A stretch of DNA of 53,455 nucleotides from an uncultured Candidatus Saccharibacteria bacterium (GTDB lineage Bacteria > Patescibacteriota > Minisyncoccia > Phycocordibacterales > JACOZG01), in NCBI GenBank assembly GCA_964546425.1, contig CAZJJW010000002.1, forward strand, positions 1 through 53,455. The letters run 5' to 3'. Below, in pieces: positions 33,540-42,623 of the stretch (within the stretch, counting starts at the first letter, position 1; the number at the start of each line of letters is the position of its first letter). The translations under genes were made by a program, and so were the position numbers. The notes beneath the pieces were generated by a model that had not been told where the DNA came from, searched no databases, and saw only the letters and a list, made by a program, of their open reading frames with translations.

Positions 33540-34909
33540 TGAAAAGTAAATACAGTTTAGAACCGGTCTTCGTGCCTAAAGTAAGGACCAAATACCGGAC
33601 AATAAAGACTAAATTGCCGGTACCGCTGTCATTGCCCATCTTTAGGTCACTGATGGCGAGTGAGCCGGAATCTAAACGAGGTCAACCGCCCGTAGTCTGG
33701 GACCGAGCCGAAGGCTTTCAAGTCTACGATAAATGGGGAAATAAATGGATCGATTTCTCTTCAGGGGTGTTGGTGGCCAATGCCGGTCACGGCCGCAAAG
33801 AAATTATCGGTGCTATCACGAAGGCGCTAGGGCGGGGAATGCTCACGACTTTTGCTTTTGTCCATGAAAATCGCATGAAATTGACGCAAGAACTCCAAAG
33901 GATGTCTCCCGATCCGTCAAATTACCAGGCGGCTCTTTTTAGTGGCGGAAGTGAAGCTGTAGAATATGCTATTAAGCTTGCGAAGACACACGGAATTGAA
34001 AAATATGGTCCAAAAAGGGTATACATAGTATCTTTTATCAATGCTTTTCATGGAAGCACTCTCGGTTCCCAGCTTGCGGGGGGTAAGGAAAAACTAAAGA
34101 AGTGGACCATAGGTGAGGGGAAGACTTTTGTTCAAGTTCCTTTTCCAGACGGCTACAAAAATAAAAATACTTCCTTTAACCTTTTTCTTGAGAGTCTTAA
34201 GGTATTAAACATCAAGCCCGAGCAAATCGCAGGCGTCATAGTCGAATCATACCAGGGCGGGGGGCCGGACTTTATGCCGGTAAAATACGCCAAGGAACTG
34301 CAAAATTTCTGTAATTCAAATGATATCGTGATGATCTTTGATGAAATGCAGTCTGGTTTTGGAAGAACGGGAAAATGGTTTGCTTATGAATATTATGGCG
34401 TAAGCCCCGATTTGATTACTTGCGGCAAGGGCATTTCTTCGTCGTTACCTCTTTCGGCGGTGATTGGCAGAAAAGATATTATGGCGCTTTATCCGGCTGG
34501 CGCGACGCTCACTACCCATTCGGGAAATCCGATTTGCGTTGCCGCCGCTCTCGAGAATATAAAAATTTTGAAAAAAGAAAAGCTGGTAGAAAAATCTAAG
34601 AAGCTGGGAAAAATTCTGCTCAAGGGGCTGCAGAGAATTCAGAAACGATACTCCAAAGTGCTCGGTGTTGTCCAAGGCCGAGGTTTGGTGGCGGGCATTC
34701 AAGTAGTAAAGCCGGGCACCAGAGAACCGGATGGGGAGCTGGCGCTCCGGATCAACGAAGCCTGTTTTCACAAAGGCTTACTGATGTTTTCACCGGCCGG
34801 AGTGGCTGGCGAGTGCGTAAAAATTGCCCCGCCGCTTGTGATATCAGAGGAAGCCTTGAGAGAAGGAATCCAAGTGCTTGAAGAAGTTTGCGGCGAAATT
34901 CTCGGCTAA
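33539..34909 (+). CDS. Class III PLP-dependent aminotransferase (GSA-aminomutase/GABA-AT-like)
   Basis: SGGSEAVEYAIKLA, DEMQSGFGRTGKWFA, CGKGISSSLPLSA (PLP Lys). The start overlaps the upstream stop (TAATG). Confidence 0.85.
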   Translation: MKSKYSLEPVFVPKVRTKYRTIKTKLPVPLSLPIFRSLMASEPESKRGQPPVVWDRAEGFQVYDKWGNKWIDFSSGVLVANAGHGRKEIIGAITKALGRGMLTTFAFVHENRMKLTQELQRMSPDPSNYQAALFSGGSEAVEYAIKLAKTHGIEKYGPKRVYIVSFINAFHGSTLGSQLAGGKEKLKKWTIGEGKTFVQVPFPDGYKNKNTSFNLFLESLKVLNIKPEQIAGVIVESYQGGGPDFMPVKYAKELQNFCNSNDIVMIFDEMQSGFGRTGKWFAYEYYGVSPDLITCGKGISSSLPLSAVIGRKDIMALYPAGATLTTHSGNPICVAAALENIKILKKEKLVEKSKKLGKILLKGLQRIQKRYSKVLGVVQGRGLVAGIQVVKPGTREPDGELALRINEACFHKGLLMFSPAGVAGECVKIAPPLVISEEALREGIQVLEEVCGEILG

Positions 34910-34911
34910 AT

Positions 34912-36093
34912 ATGAAAAGCGATTTCGATTACATGCGGTGTCCATATTATTGGCTTCTTTTAGATAAAAACGAGACTTCAAATAATATTGAAAAGGAAGA
35001 AAAGCTGGCGGTTTTTTTTGGCAATGATTTTTTCAACACTACCGATATTGCTTACGATAAATTTATCAAAAGAACCAACGAGTGTCTTGATTATGTCAGA
35101 AGAAATTGCCAAGGTTGCAAATTGATTTACCGCCCGCATCCGGAAGAGCGGAAGGAGATCGAGTTGCTTGATTTAGAATCTTTCGCGGTCGAAAGAGATG
35201 GTCAGTCGGCCGAGGAATTTATTTTAGCCAACAAGAGCAAAATCAAGTACCTCTTCTCTTTCTGTTCCACCTCTTCAATCGCTGGGCTAAGTCTGGGTGT
35301 CAATTCCTATATTTTTTATAGATGTTTCAGTGATATTTTCGACGGCATTAATAAAATCTTTGTCGACAATTATTTGAAGGGTCTGCCTGAAAATTTCTTT
35401 ATCAAAGATTTCAACGCGTCATTAATCGAGAATAAGATAGAGATTAAAAAAGATTTGCCGACCGAAGACAGTTTCCGAAAAATTCTGACTGAACACAGTG
35501 GCCCGGTCTGGTTCATCATTCAAGAAAATCGGTATTTGCTAATCATTGAAGGCTTGGCTAAACTAATAAAGTCAATTGTCCCGGACCGGAGAATAAATTT
35601 GATCGTCTCGCGCCATCATCGCTGGACGGATGAGAAACTGGTGGAACTAAAAACCAAATTTGATGAAGTGATCGCGATCCCCCGAGTTTTCTATTCGCTG
35701 AAGCCGAAACGACTCTGGGCGGCCTGGCAGATCGCCCGAAAGATCAGAAAGATAAAACTTGATCAAGGAGCAATTCTCATCGGCTTAGCTCACCACGATT
35801 TTATTGAAAATTGTTTTATGTCTTACAATAAGCGCAATTTTAAAATCGCGGTTTTGTCAGAATCAGTCTGGCGCTTAAACTTCAAAACCGAGACTTTGGG
35901 TTTCGATACCCAACAATTCATGTTTGATAAAGCGGGCATCTTCTATAATTACTTTTTTGAGCCAATGTTGGGTTTAGCTAAAACCAAGTTTGTACATCAC
36001 CAGAAGGGAAGCTGGGCGTACTTTATTAGACTTCAAAAACCGATAGAAGAAATTTATGATCAAGTTTTTTTAATCAGGAATTCGCCGTTGTAA
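34912..36093 (+). CDS. Uncharacterised protein P2 with YRPHP motif, paralogue of 29541..30722
   Basis: Start placed at ATG 34912, 2 nt after the upstream stop (the track ORF starts at 34888 inside the aminotransferase). Conserved blocks as listed for P1. Confidence 0.55.
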   Translation: MKSDFDYMRCPYYWLLLDKNETSNNIEKEEKLAVFFGNDFFNTTDIAYDKFIKRTNECLDYVRRNCQGCKLIYRPHPEERKEIELLDLESFAVERDGQSAEEFILANKSKIKYLFSFCSTSSIAGLSLGVNSYIFYRCFSDIFDGINKIFVDNYLKGLPENFFIKDFNASLIENKIEIKKDLPTEDSFRKILTEHSGPVWFIIQENRYLLIIEGLAKLIKSIVPDRRINLIVSRHHRWTDEKLVELKTKFDEVIAIPRVFYSLKPKRLWAAWQIARKIRKIKLDQGAILIGLAHHDFIENCFMSYNKRNFKIAVLSESVWRLNFKTETLGFDTQQFMFDKAGIFYNYFFEPMLGLAKTKFVHHQKGSWAYFIRLQKPIEEIYDQVFLIRNSPL

Positions 36094-36131
36094 AAACCAC
36101 AAAGACGTGATAGTCTCTGACGACCACAACA

Positions 36132-37409
36132 ATGCCCGGTCAAGTGATTAAACACAATCGATGCCGGATTTCGAAGGAGCCACTAGTCGAGCTGTTTTCG
36201 CTCGGGTTGCTTCACTTATCCGATTTTCCCGCCCGAGATGATACTCGGCCAAGAAAGCCAGTGGAGCTTAAACTGTGTTTGGCTCCCACTTCGGGTTTGG
36301 TTCAATTGTCTCACACCGCCTCGCTCGATGAGATGTATCGCGAGTACTGGTATCGGTCTGGGATTAGCAACACCATGCGGGCCGAGCTCAAACAAATTGC
36401 CGAAATGACCCAATATTTGTCTAAAGTGAAATCGGGCGATATTTGGGTTGATATCGGTTGCAATGACGGCACCCTTTTAAGTTTTGTTGACAAGCGCCTG
36501 ATTAAGGTTGGTTTTGATCCGGCCAAAAACGGTTACGCCAGCGAGGCCCGCCAGCACGCTAATTTGGTTGTTGAGGATTACTTCACCGCCAACGCTTATA
36601 AGAAAAGCAAATACGGCAAAAAGCAGGCTAAAGTAGTAACTTCCATTGCCATGTTTTATGATTTGGAAAATCCTAATTCTTTTGTTGAGGATATTAATAA
36701 AATCTTAGACAATGATGGAGTTTGGATGGTGCAAATGAGTTATTTGCCCCTGATGCTTGATCAGCTGGCGTTCGACAATATTTGCCATGAGCATCTTGAG
36801 TATTATAGTTTGACCTCCTTCAAATACCTGATGGAAAAACACGGATTCGAGATAGTGGACTGTCAACTCAATGACAGTAATGGCGGTTTTTTCAGAGTCT
36901 TTTTGCGGAAAAAAGGAGCCAATCCAGTTAAGTTTGCCACGGCGCCATATCGGGAGGTGGCTAAATTCCGGGTCCAGTCGATCTTACATTACGAAAAGAG
37001 TCTCAAACTTAATCACCGATCGACTTATCTGAAGTTCTATCGCGAGGCGGTTAAACTCAAAAACCAAACTGTAAATTTTATCAAAAAGGAGAAAGCCAAA
37101 GGCAAAAGTATTTGGGGTTACGGCGCTTCGACCAAGGGCAACACTCTGCTACAGTGGTTTGGCCTAGATCATACTTTGATTGACGCTATTGCTGAACGTC
37201 ACCCGGTCAAGTACGGCCGGAAAACGGTCAGCACAAATATCCCGATTTTATCAGAGGAAGAAATGCGTAAGCTTCAACCAGACTATCTTTTGGTGCTACC
37301 GTGGCACTTCATTAATGAGTTCTGTGAGCGAGAGGCGGCTTTTCTAAACCGCGGAGGGAAATTTATTGTGCCTTGCCCCAAGTTTGAAATTATGGGGGCT
37401 GATAATTAA
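36132..37409 (+). CDS. NDP-hexose C-methyltransferase (TylC3-type; SAM MTase plus C-methyltransferase C-terminal domain)
   Basis: N-terminal CRISKEPLVELFSLGLLHLSDFP (degenerate Zn-ribbon region), motif I WVDIGCNDGTLL, C-terminal IWGYGASTKGNTLLQWF Rossmann-like domain. Confidence 0.7.
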   Translation: MPGQVIKHNRCRISKEPLVELFSLGLLHLSDFPARDDTRPRKPVELKLCLAPTSGLVQLSHTASLDEMYREYWYRSGISNTMRAELKQIAEMTQYLSKVKSGDIWVDIGCNDGTLLSFVDKRLIKVGFDPAKNGYASEARQHANLVVEDYFTANAYKKSKYGKKQAKVVTSIAMFYDLENPNSFVEDINKILDNDGVWMVQMSYLPLMLDQLAFDNICHEHLEYYSLTSFKYLMEKHGFEIVDCQLNDSNGGFFRVFLRKKGANPVKFATAPYREVAKFRVQSILHYEKSLKLNHRSTYLKFYREAVKLKNQTVNFIKKEKAKGKSIWGYGASTKGNTLLQWFGLDHTLIDAIAERHPVKYGRKTVSTNIPILSEEEMRKLQPDYLLVLPWHFINEFCEREAAFLNRGGKFIVPCPKFEIMGADN

Positions 37410-38377
37410 ATCCGATCCAGGTCGGCGAGAACCATCATTTGAACTAGTTCGGGAAAACTGATTCTTGGCTCCCAGCCAAGTTCGGCTTTTGCTTTAGTAA
37501 TGTCGCCCAGCGGATAAGCAGTTTCTGGTCGATAAAAATCTTTATTGATTTTAATAATTACCCGACCGGCGCTATTGCGAGCAATCTCCTCTAAACCCTG
37601 ACCCCGCCAGCTAAGTTTTAATCCTGCGGCCGAGGCCGCAACTTCAACAAATTCTCGAACGGTGTGAGTGGCTCCACTGGCCAGGACGTAATCGTCCGGC
37701 TCGGTGGCTTGCAGCATCCGCCACATTCCTTCCACTATATCTCCGGCGAAACTCCAGTCGCGTTTGGCGTCTAGATTGCCAATCTCGAGATAAGACCGCT
37801 TGCCTTTCACTAGTTCCGCAATCGAATGAGTGATCTTGCGAGTGACAAAGCGGAGATCGCGTCGCGGTGATTCGTGATTAAAGAGGAATCCGGAACAAAC
37901 AAAAACCCCTTGTTTCCTCGATCCAACCACAAACTCTTGATAAGCTCTTAATTTCGCCTCGCCATAACTATTAGTGGGCTTAAAGGTCGTAGTTTCGCTT
38001 TGGGGAGCGACTGATTTATCAAACATCTCCGCACTCGAGGCCTGAAAAATTTTTATCTTCGGGTTTGAGTTTAAGGCCAAATTAAACATTTGCCCCACCG
38101 CTCGGTAATTTAGGTCGAGCGTCAGTTCCGGGTCTCGCGCGGCCAAGCCAAGATCGGTCACCCCGGCCAGATTGTAAAATTCGTCGGGCTGATACTTGTT
38201 TAAAATTTCTCGAAGTCGTTTCGTGTCCCGGATGTCGGCCGAAATGATTATTGGGCCTTCGCCACCGCCCTCAACCTGATCTGAAATACCGACCACCCGG
38301 TAACCTTTTTCTTGGAGTAACTTGGACAGATAAAAACCATCTTGGCCGGTGATCCCAGCAATAAAAGCAGTTTTCAT
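37406..38377 (-). CDS. GDP-mannose 4,6-dehydratase-like SDR (short paralogue, 323 aa)
   Basis: IAGITGQDGFYLSKLLQEKGY, SYGEAK (YxxxK), LFNHESPRR, RDW. The stop shares a TTAA with the convergent C-methyltransferase stop. Confidence 0.75.
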   Translation of the reverse strand: MKTAFIAGITGQDGFYLSKLLQEKGYRVVGISDQVEGGGEGPIIISADIRDTKRLREILNKYQPDEFYNLAGVTDLGLAARDPELTLDLNYRAVGQMFNLALNSNPKIKIFQASSAEMFDKSVAPQSETTTFKPTNSYGEAKLRAYQEFVVGSRKQGVFVCSGFLFNHESPRRDLRFVTRKITHSIAELVKGKRSYLEIGNLDAKRDWSFAGDIVEGMWRMLQATEPDDYVLASGATHTVREFVEVAASAAGLKLSWRGQGLEEIARNSAGRVIIKINKDFYRPETAYPLGDITKAKAELGWEPRISFPELVQMMVLADLDRI

Positions 38378-38760
38378 GTGTAAGATTTCTCTTCAACGAT
38401 GTCTGATTTAAGAAGCAGATTGATTTGCTTTTTGATCGTGGCGCGCTCATCATTATTTTTAAAAGCGCCGCGAGCCAATTCAATAAACCGCGGTCCGAAA
38501 TCCTGGCGCCGCTCGCAATCGCGCTTGCCGTCCTCAATGTCCCAACCCTTTTCGCTTAAGGTCCGCAACTTGGAGAATAATTTATTAAGTTCCGGAGAGG
38601 GTGGGATTTGATTTTTGGCAATTTGGCGCAGGAGCTCCAGTTCGTGTCTGACATTTTTAAGTTTCTCCGGATCGATTATTCTCTCTTCCTTCACCTCTAG
38701 GATCGCTACCTTATCCAACAATTCCGCCGGCGCTGTTGGGACGAGGATTAATCTCAACAT
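38374..38760 (-). CDS. Small conserved protein (DUF6165-like by recollection)
   Basis: 128 aa with VAILEVKEERI..., GWDIEDGKRDCER, FGPRFIELARGAFKNNDERATIKKQIN...EEKSY. I recall this pattern next to GT9 genes, but the family assignment is from memory only. Confidence 0.45.
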   Translation of the reverse strand: MLRLILVPTAPAELLDKVAILEVKEERIIDPEKLKNVRHELELLRQIAKNQIPPSPELNKLFSKLRTLSEKGWDIEDGKRDCERRQDFGPRFIELARGAFKNNDERATIKKQINLLLKSDIVEEKSYT

Positions 38761-38769
38761 TTCAAGATA

Positions 38770-39816
38770 TTACTTCAGCCTCGTCAGATTGTCAAGTAGG
38801 CTGACCAGTTCGGCTTGTGCGGTAACAAAAGAGATTGAGTCAATCTTCTTGTCCGAGGCCTTCAAGATTCGGTAGGTTGGACTGGGTGGCAGATGATATT
38901 CACGCTCATCTGTTGGACCGACGAAGATTAGTTGGGGAATGTCAAAAGCATCGGCGGTGACCATAGGACCACTATCGTTGCCGATAATTAAATCGAGTCC
39001 GGCAATGGTAGCCTTAAACTCGTCGAGAGACTGATTGTAAAAATTAATATAAGAAACTTGCGGATTGAGGCCAACAATAACTTGATCAATTGCTTCTTTA
39101 TCAACCCCCGCACCCAGAAAAGCGATTTTGGCGCCATAATTTTCGGCTAACCAGTTCGCCACCGCAACGTAGCGCGCGGCTGGCCACCAGCGATCTTTGG
39201 TTGAACCGCCCGGGGCGATGCCGACCACGAAGCCCGTTAACATTTCCGCCTTAGCTTTTGCCTCTTTAGAAAAGTAAAGTCGGAAGTGAGCGTCGCCGGT
39301 ATTGGCGCCGATGGGGTCAAGCAGGGCCAGATAGAGTGGCGGGACATAGCTGCCGCGGGCGAAAGGTTTTGTCACCACCAGTTTCTTGAGAATGTTGTAG
39401 ATCCAAGAAACGCCCGTTTCGTTCCACGACAGTACCGAGACGCACTTGGCCCCTGACAGGTAGAGTAGGGCCAAACCCTCGATCGATCCCAGGTTGGCCA
39501 AGCAAGCGAAGTCCGGCATCAGTTGGCGGATGGTTCGCCAGGTGGCCCAAAAATTATTGTGGTAATGAATAGATTGGGTAATATCGGGGTTGTAACGGAC
39601 AACTTCTTCAACCCGGCCGCCGGCCACCAAGGTAATGGTAGTCTCGGGGTGGGTTTTCTTGATCGCGGCGAAGAGGGGGGTCACATAGACCATATCGCCC
39701 ACGTGTGGCTTGGAGCGAAAGATTAATGCTTGTTTAATTTTCGTCGGCGCTTGTCTGGCGCGGCCGCGGATCGGCCAGTAACCCAAACAGAGGAGAAAGA
39801 GGCAGAGATTTTTCAC
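38770..39816 (-). CDS. Glycosyltransferase family 9 (heptosyltransferase-like)
   Basis: HVGDMVYVTPLFAAIKKTHPETTITLV, PGGSTKDRWWPAARY, IGNDSGPMVTADAFDIP (GNDSGPMH-type box). Confidence 0.85.
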   Translation of the reverse strand: MKNLCLFLLCLGYWPIRGRARQAPTKIKQALIFRSKPHVGDMVYVTPLFAAIKKTHPETTITLVAGGRVEEVVRYNPDITQSIHYHNNFWATWRTIRQLMPDFACLANLGSIEGLALLYLSGAKCVSVLSWNETGVSWIYNILKKLVVTKPFARGSYVPPLYLALLDPIGANTGDAHFRLYFSKEAKAKAEMLTGFVVGIAPGGSTKDRWWPAARYVAVANWLAENYGAKIAFLGAGVDKEAIDQVIVGLNPQVSYINFYNQSLDEFKATIAGLDLIIGNDSGPMVTADAFDIPQLIFVGPTDEREYHLPPSPTYRILKASDKKIDSISFVTAQAELVSLLDNLTRLK

Positions 39817-40682
39817 TTTTTTAAGATTAAACAGGCAACGGCGCGAGCGGCGGCGGCGTGATCCGGACCGTCGTTGCGTTTAGTGCGAATGTCGAAATAA
39901 GTTTTGGTCCCGGCCTCGGCCTCGGTGCTCAGTTGCCAGCCAGCCTCACCGTAAGCGTAAAAATGTTTGGCGCACTTGCCTGTGTCAAAAATCTTTTCGA
40001 CCTCCTTGATCATGGCTGAATCGAATTGTTGAAAGAAGCCGAAATTTTCTGACTGGCCGAAAGGGACAGTCAGCAAGATCACCCCGCCCGGTTTCAGGAC
40101 CCGCTGTAATTCTCTGATGGCTAGCAGGAAGTCGGCTGGTTTTGACTCTTTGTATTTCCCGTCGGTATAAACCAGCGAATTATCCATGCCGATGTGTTCC
40201 AACGTCGAGACGCAAGCAATGCCATCGAAATGATTATCCTTGAACGGCAATTCCCGGATATCGCCATAGAGATAGCTAATGCCCCGATACCAGAAACAGC
40301 TCGTCTCCGGATTAAGAGTCAGAATCGACAACTCTTTATTTTTCAGCGCCTGATTTTTCAAAATGATGTCAAAGTTTAGGATTGATCCGGCGTCCAACCA
40401 CTGGCCAGAGGCGGGGGCCATTTGCGCTAGAAGCCACGGATACTCAACGATTCTTTCGTCCAGTCCCAGGCCATAACCGGTCAGTAACCGTTCTTGATTC
40501 TTGAAGCCGTTCAGGATGTTAGGATCAGCTATGACCCTGGCGATATTTTGCCACTTGTATTCGAAGTAGCCTTTGGTCCACGGTTTCTTGCCCCGCAGAC
40601 TAAAGATCACCAAATGATACCTAGATCTGCTTGCCTTATAGCCAGTGATGGCAGTGGTCAATAGCTTTTTGATAATTTTCAT
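39813..40682 (-). CDS. Class I SAM-dependent methyltransferase
   Basis: FDGIACVSTLEHIG and LKPGGVILLTVPFG (post-II/III motifs). ATGA-type overlaps on both sides. Confidence 0.75.
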   Translation of the reverse strand: MKIIKKLLTTAITGYKASRSRYHLVIFSLRGKKPWTKGYFEYKWQNIARVIADPNILNGFKNQERLLTGYGLGLDERIVEYPWLLAQMAPASGQWLDAGSILNFDIILKNQALKNKELSILTLNPETSCFWYRGISYLYGDIRELPFKDNHFDGIACVSTLEHIGMDNSLVYTDGKYKESKPADFLLAIRELQRVLKPGGVILLTVPFGQSENFGFFQQFDSAMIKEVEKIFDTGKCAKHFYAYGEAGWQLSTEAEAGTKTYFDIRTKRNDGPDHAAAARAVACLILKK

Positions 40683-41710
40683 CGCAGGTTGGTTAGAAGT
40701 TTGGCACCCAAATGTTTAGCCGTGAGCTCTTGGTGGTAGAGAATCGAACTGTTTTGGGCCACTCTGGCTAATGTCTCGGGATGATTTTTAAGTTGGCTAA
40801 TTTTTTGGGCCAGATCGATTGTATTACCGGGCTCAAAACACAAACAAGTCTCGTTCTCGGTTAACACTTCAAGCACGGCTTTGTTTCTACCGGTCAAATA
40901 GGGGAGTTTCATCGCCAAGCTCTCGAAGATTTTATGGGGAATAGTTCTATAAAGCCGAGGGTGCTTAGCTAGCTGACCAAGCGAAAGGTGACATTCTTGC
41001 ATCTTTTGTCGCAACTCGCTAAAGGATAATTGGTTAGTAATCAATTCGACATTGCCCGGCCGAAATTCTGATATTAAGGACTCAACTTTTTTCTCAAGCA
41101 GTCCCTGACCGATGATTCTAACTTTTATCTTTTCTTTTTCCAATTCTTTTGCGGCCATGATGATTATCTCGACACCAGCCTCAGGCAAGAATTTACCCCT
41201 AAAGACGACAGTGAACTGTTCCAGTTTTTCTATTGTCGGATCAAAATAAAATTCTTGATCGTCAACTCCAGTAAGGTGCACCAAAAGCTTATTTGGTCGC
41301 AAGTTAAACATCTTCACAAGGAACGTTTTTTGAGCTTCGCTTTCAACCAAAACAAGATGAGCGGCATGAAAAGCGACAAAGTCAATCAACCAATACCAGA
41401 AAGCTCTAATTGTTCCGACTCTCCGGGAAATAACCATACTCTCATAAAAAGAGTTGCCGGCGTTGTAAATTATTTTTCTTAGCGAAATTAGCCGGAGCCA
41501 GGGCACTAAAATTGCGCCGGTGTAACCAACGATTGCTAGATCGTAATTCTTATTTAATCGGTGATGTTTCTGGCGAATCGCCCGGAATTTTTTCAAACCG
41601 CGAGAGTTGTCCGTAATCTCGACGACTTCCACCCCGTTTTCGCGCAAGCCTCTGATGGTCACGCGATCGCGAGGATGATTTGTGTTAAGATTGATGTAAC
41701 AAATTTTCAT
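40679..41710 (-). CDS. Glycosyltransferase (GT-B, GT4-like)
   Basis: C-terminal PHKIFESLAMKLPYLTGRN region and a two-Rossmann length. Overlaps the fcl 3' end by 26 nt. Confidence 0.7.
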   Translation of the reverse strand: MKICYINLNTNHPRDRVTIRGLRENGVEVVEITDNSRGLKKFRAIRQKHHRLNKNYDLAIVGYTGAILVPWLRLISLRKIIYNAGNSFYESMVISRRVGTIRAFWYWLIDFVAFHAAHLVLVESEAQKTFLVKMFNLRPNKLLVHLTGVDDQEFYFDPTIEKLEQFTVVFRGKFLPEAGVEIIIMAAKELEKEKIKVRIIGQGLLEKKVESLISEFRPGNVELITNQLSFSELRQKMQECHLSLGQLAKHPRLYRTIPHKIFESLAMKLPYLTGRNKAVLEVLTENETCLCFEPGNTIDLAQKISQLKNHPETLARVAQNSSILYHQELTAKHLGAKLLTNLR

Positions 41711-42623
41711 GGTACCACTGATAGGTTTCCGCTAGACCATCTCCCAGGGTTATTTTAGGTCCCCAGCCTAGCTTATTAATCTTGCTGACATCAAGCAGTT
41801 TGCGGGGCGTGCCGTCCGGTTTTGATGGGTCCCAAATAATTTTCCCCCCATAACCGACAACGTTCTTAATCTTTTCGGCCAACTCTGAAATAGAGAGATC
41901 TTCACCGGTGCCGATATTGATAATCTCTGAGTCATTATAATTTTCCATCAAGAATAGGCAAGCCCGAGCCAGATCATTCACATCGAGAAATTCGCGCTTT
42001 GGTTTACCGCTGCCCCATAATATCACCTCGTCGGCCCGGGTTTGTTTGGCGTCATGGAATTTGCGAATCAGTGCCGGCAGAACGTGCGAATTTTCTAGGT
42101 CGAAATTATCATAAGGCCCATACAAATTAGTTGGCATTGCTGAAATAAAATTCGTTCCGTATTGTCTATTATAAGACTGACACATTGAAATGCCGGCAAT
42201 CTTGGCAATGGCGTAGGATTCGTTGGTCGGTTCAAGCGGCCCGGTCATGAAGGATTTTTCCTTGAGCGGTTGGGGCGCCAATTTAGGATAGATGCAAGAA
42301 CTGCCGAGGAAGAGCAGTTTTTTGACCCGGTGGGCATAAGACTGATTAATAACATTGCTCTGGATAATTAAATTTTGATAGATGAAGTCGGCTGGATAAG
42401 TATTGTTGGCCTGGATGCCGCCGACTTTCGCCGCGGCGAGGAAAACATAGTCCGGTTTCTCTCGAGCGAAAAATTGTTGGACTGCCCGACTGTCTGAAAG
42501 ATCAAGCTCGGCACGGGTGCGGGTGACAAGATTGGCATAACCCTCGGCTTGCAGCGTCCGTAAAATGGCTGATCCAACTAAGCCGCGGTGGCCGGCGACA
42601 AATATTTTCTCCGATTTTTTCAT
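41685..42623 (-). CDS. fcl: GDP-L-fucose synthase (GDP-4-keto-6-deoxymannose 3,5-epimerase/4-reductase)
   Basis: Near-colinear with E. coli Fcl: IFVAGHRGLVGSAI, LAAAKVGGIQANNTYPADFIYQNL, LFLGSSCIYPK, EPTNESYAIAKIAG, MPTNLYGP, KPDGTPRKLLDVSK. Confidence 0.9.
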   Translation of the reverse strand: MKKSEKIFVAGHRGLVGSAILRTLQAEGYANLVTRTRAELDLSDSRAVQQFFAREKPDYVFLAAAKVGGIQANNTYPADFIYQNLIIQSNVINQSYAHRVKKLLFLGSSCIYPKLAPQPLKEKSFMTGPLEPTNESYAIAKIAGISMCQSYNRQYGTNFISAMPTNLYGPYDNFDLENSHVLPALIRKFHDAKQTRADEVILWGSGKPKREFLDVNDLARACLFLMENYNDSEIINIGTGEDLSISELAEKIKNVVGYGGKIIWDPSKPDGTPRKLLDVSKINKLGWGPKITLGDGLAETYQWYHENLLHQS

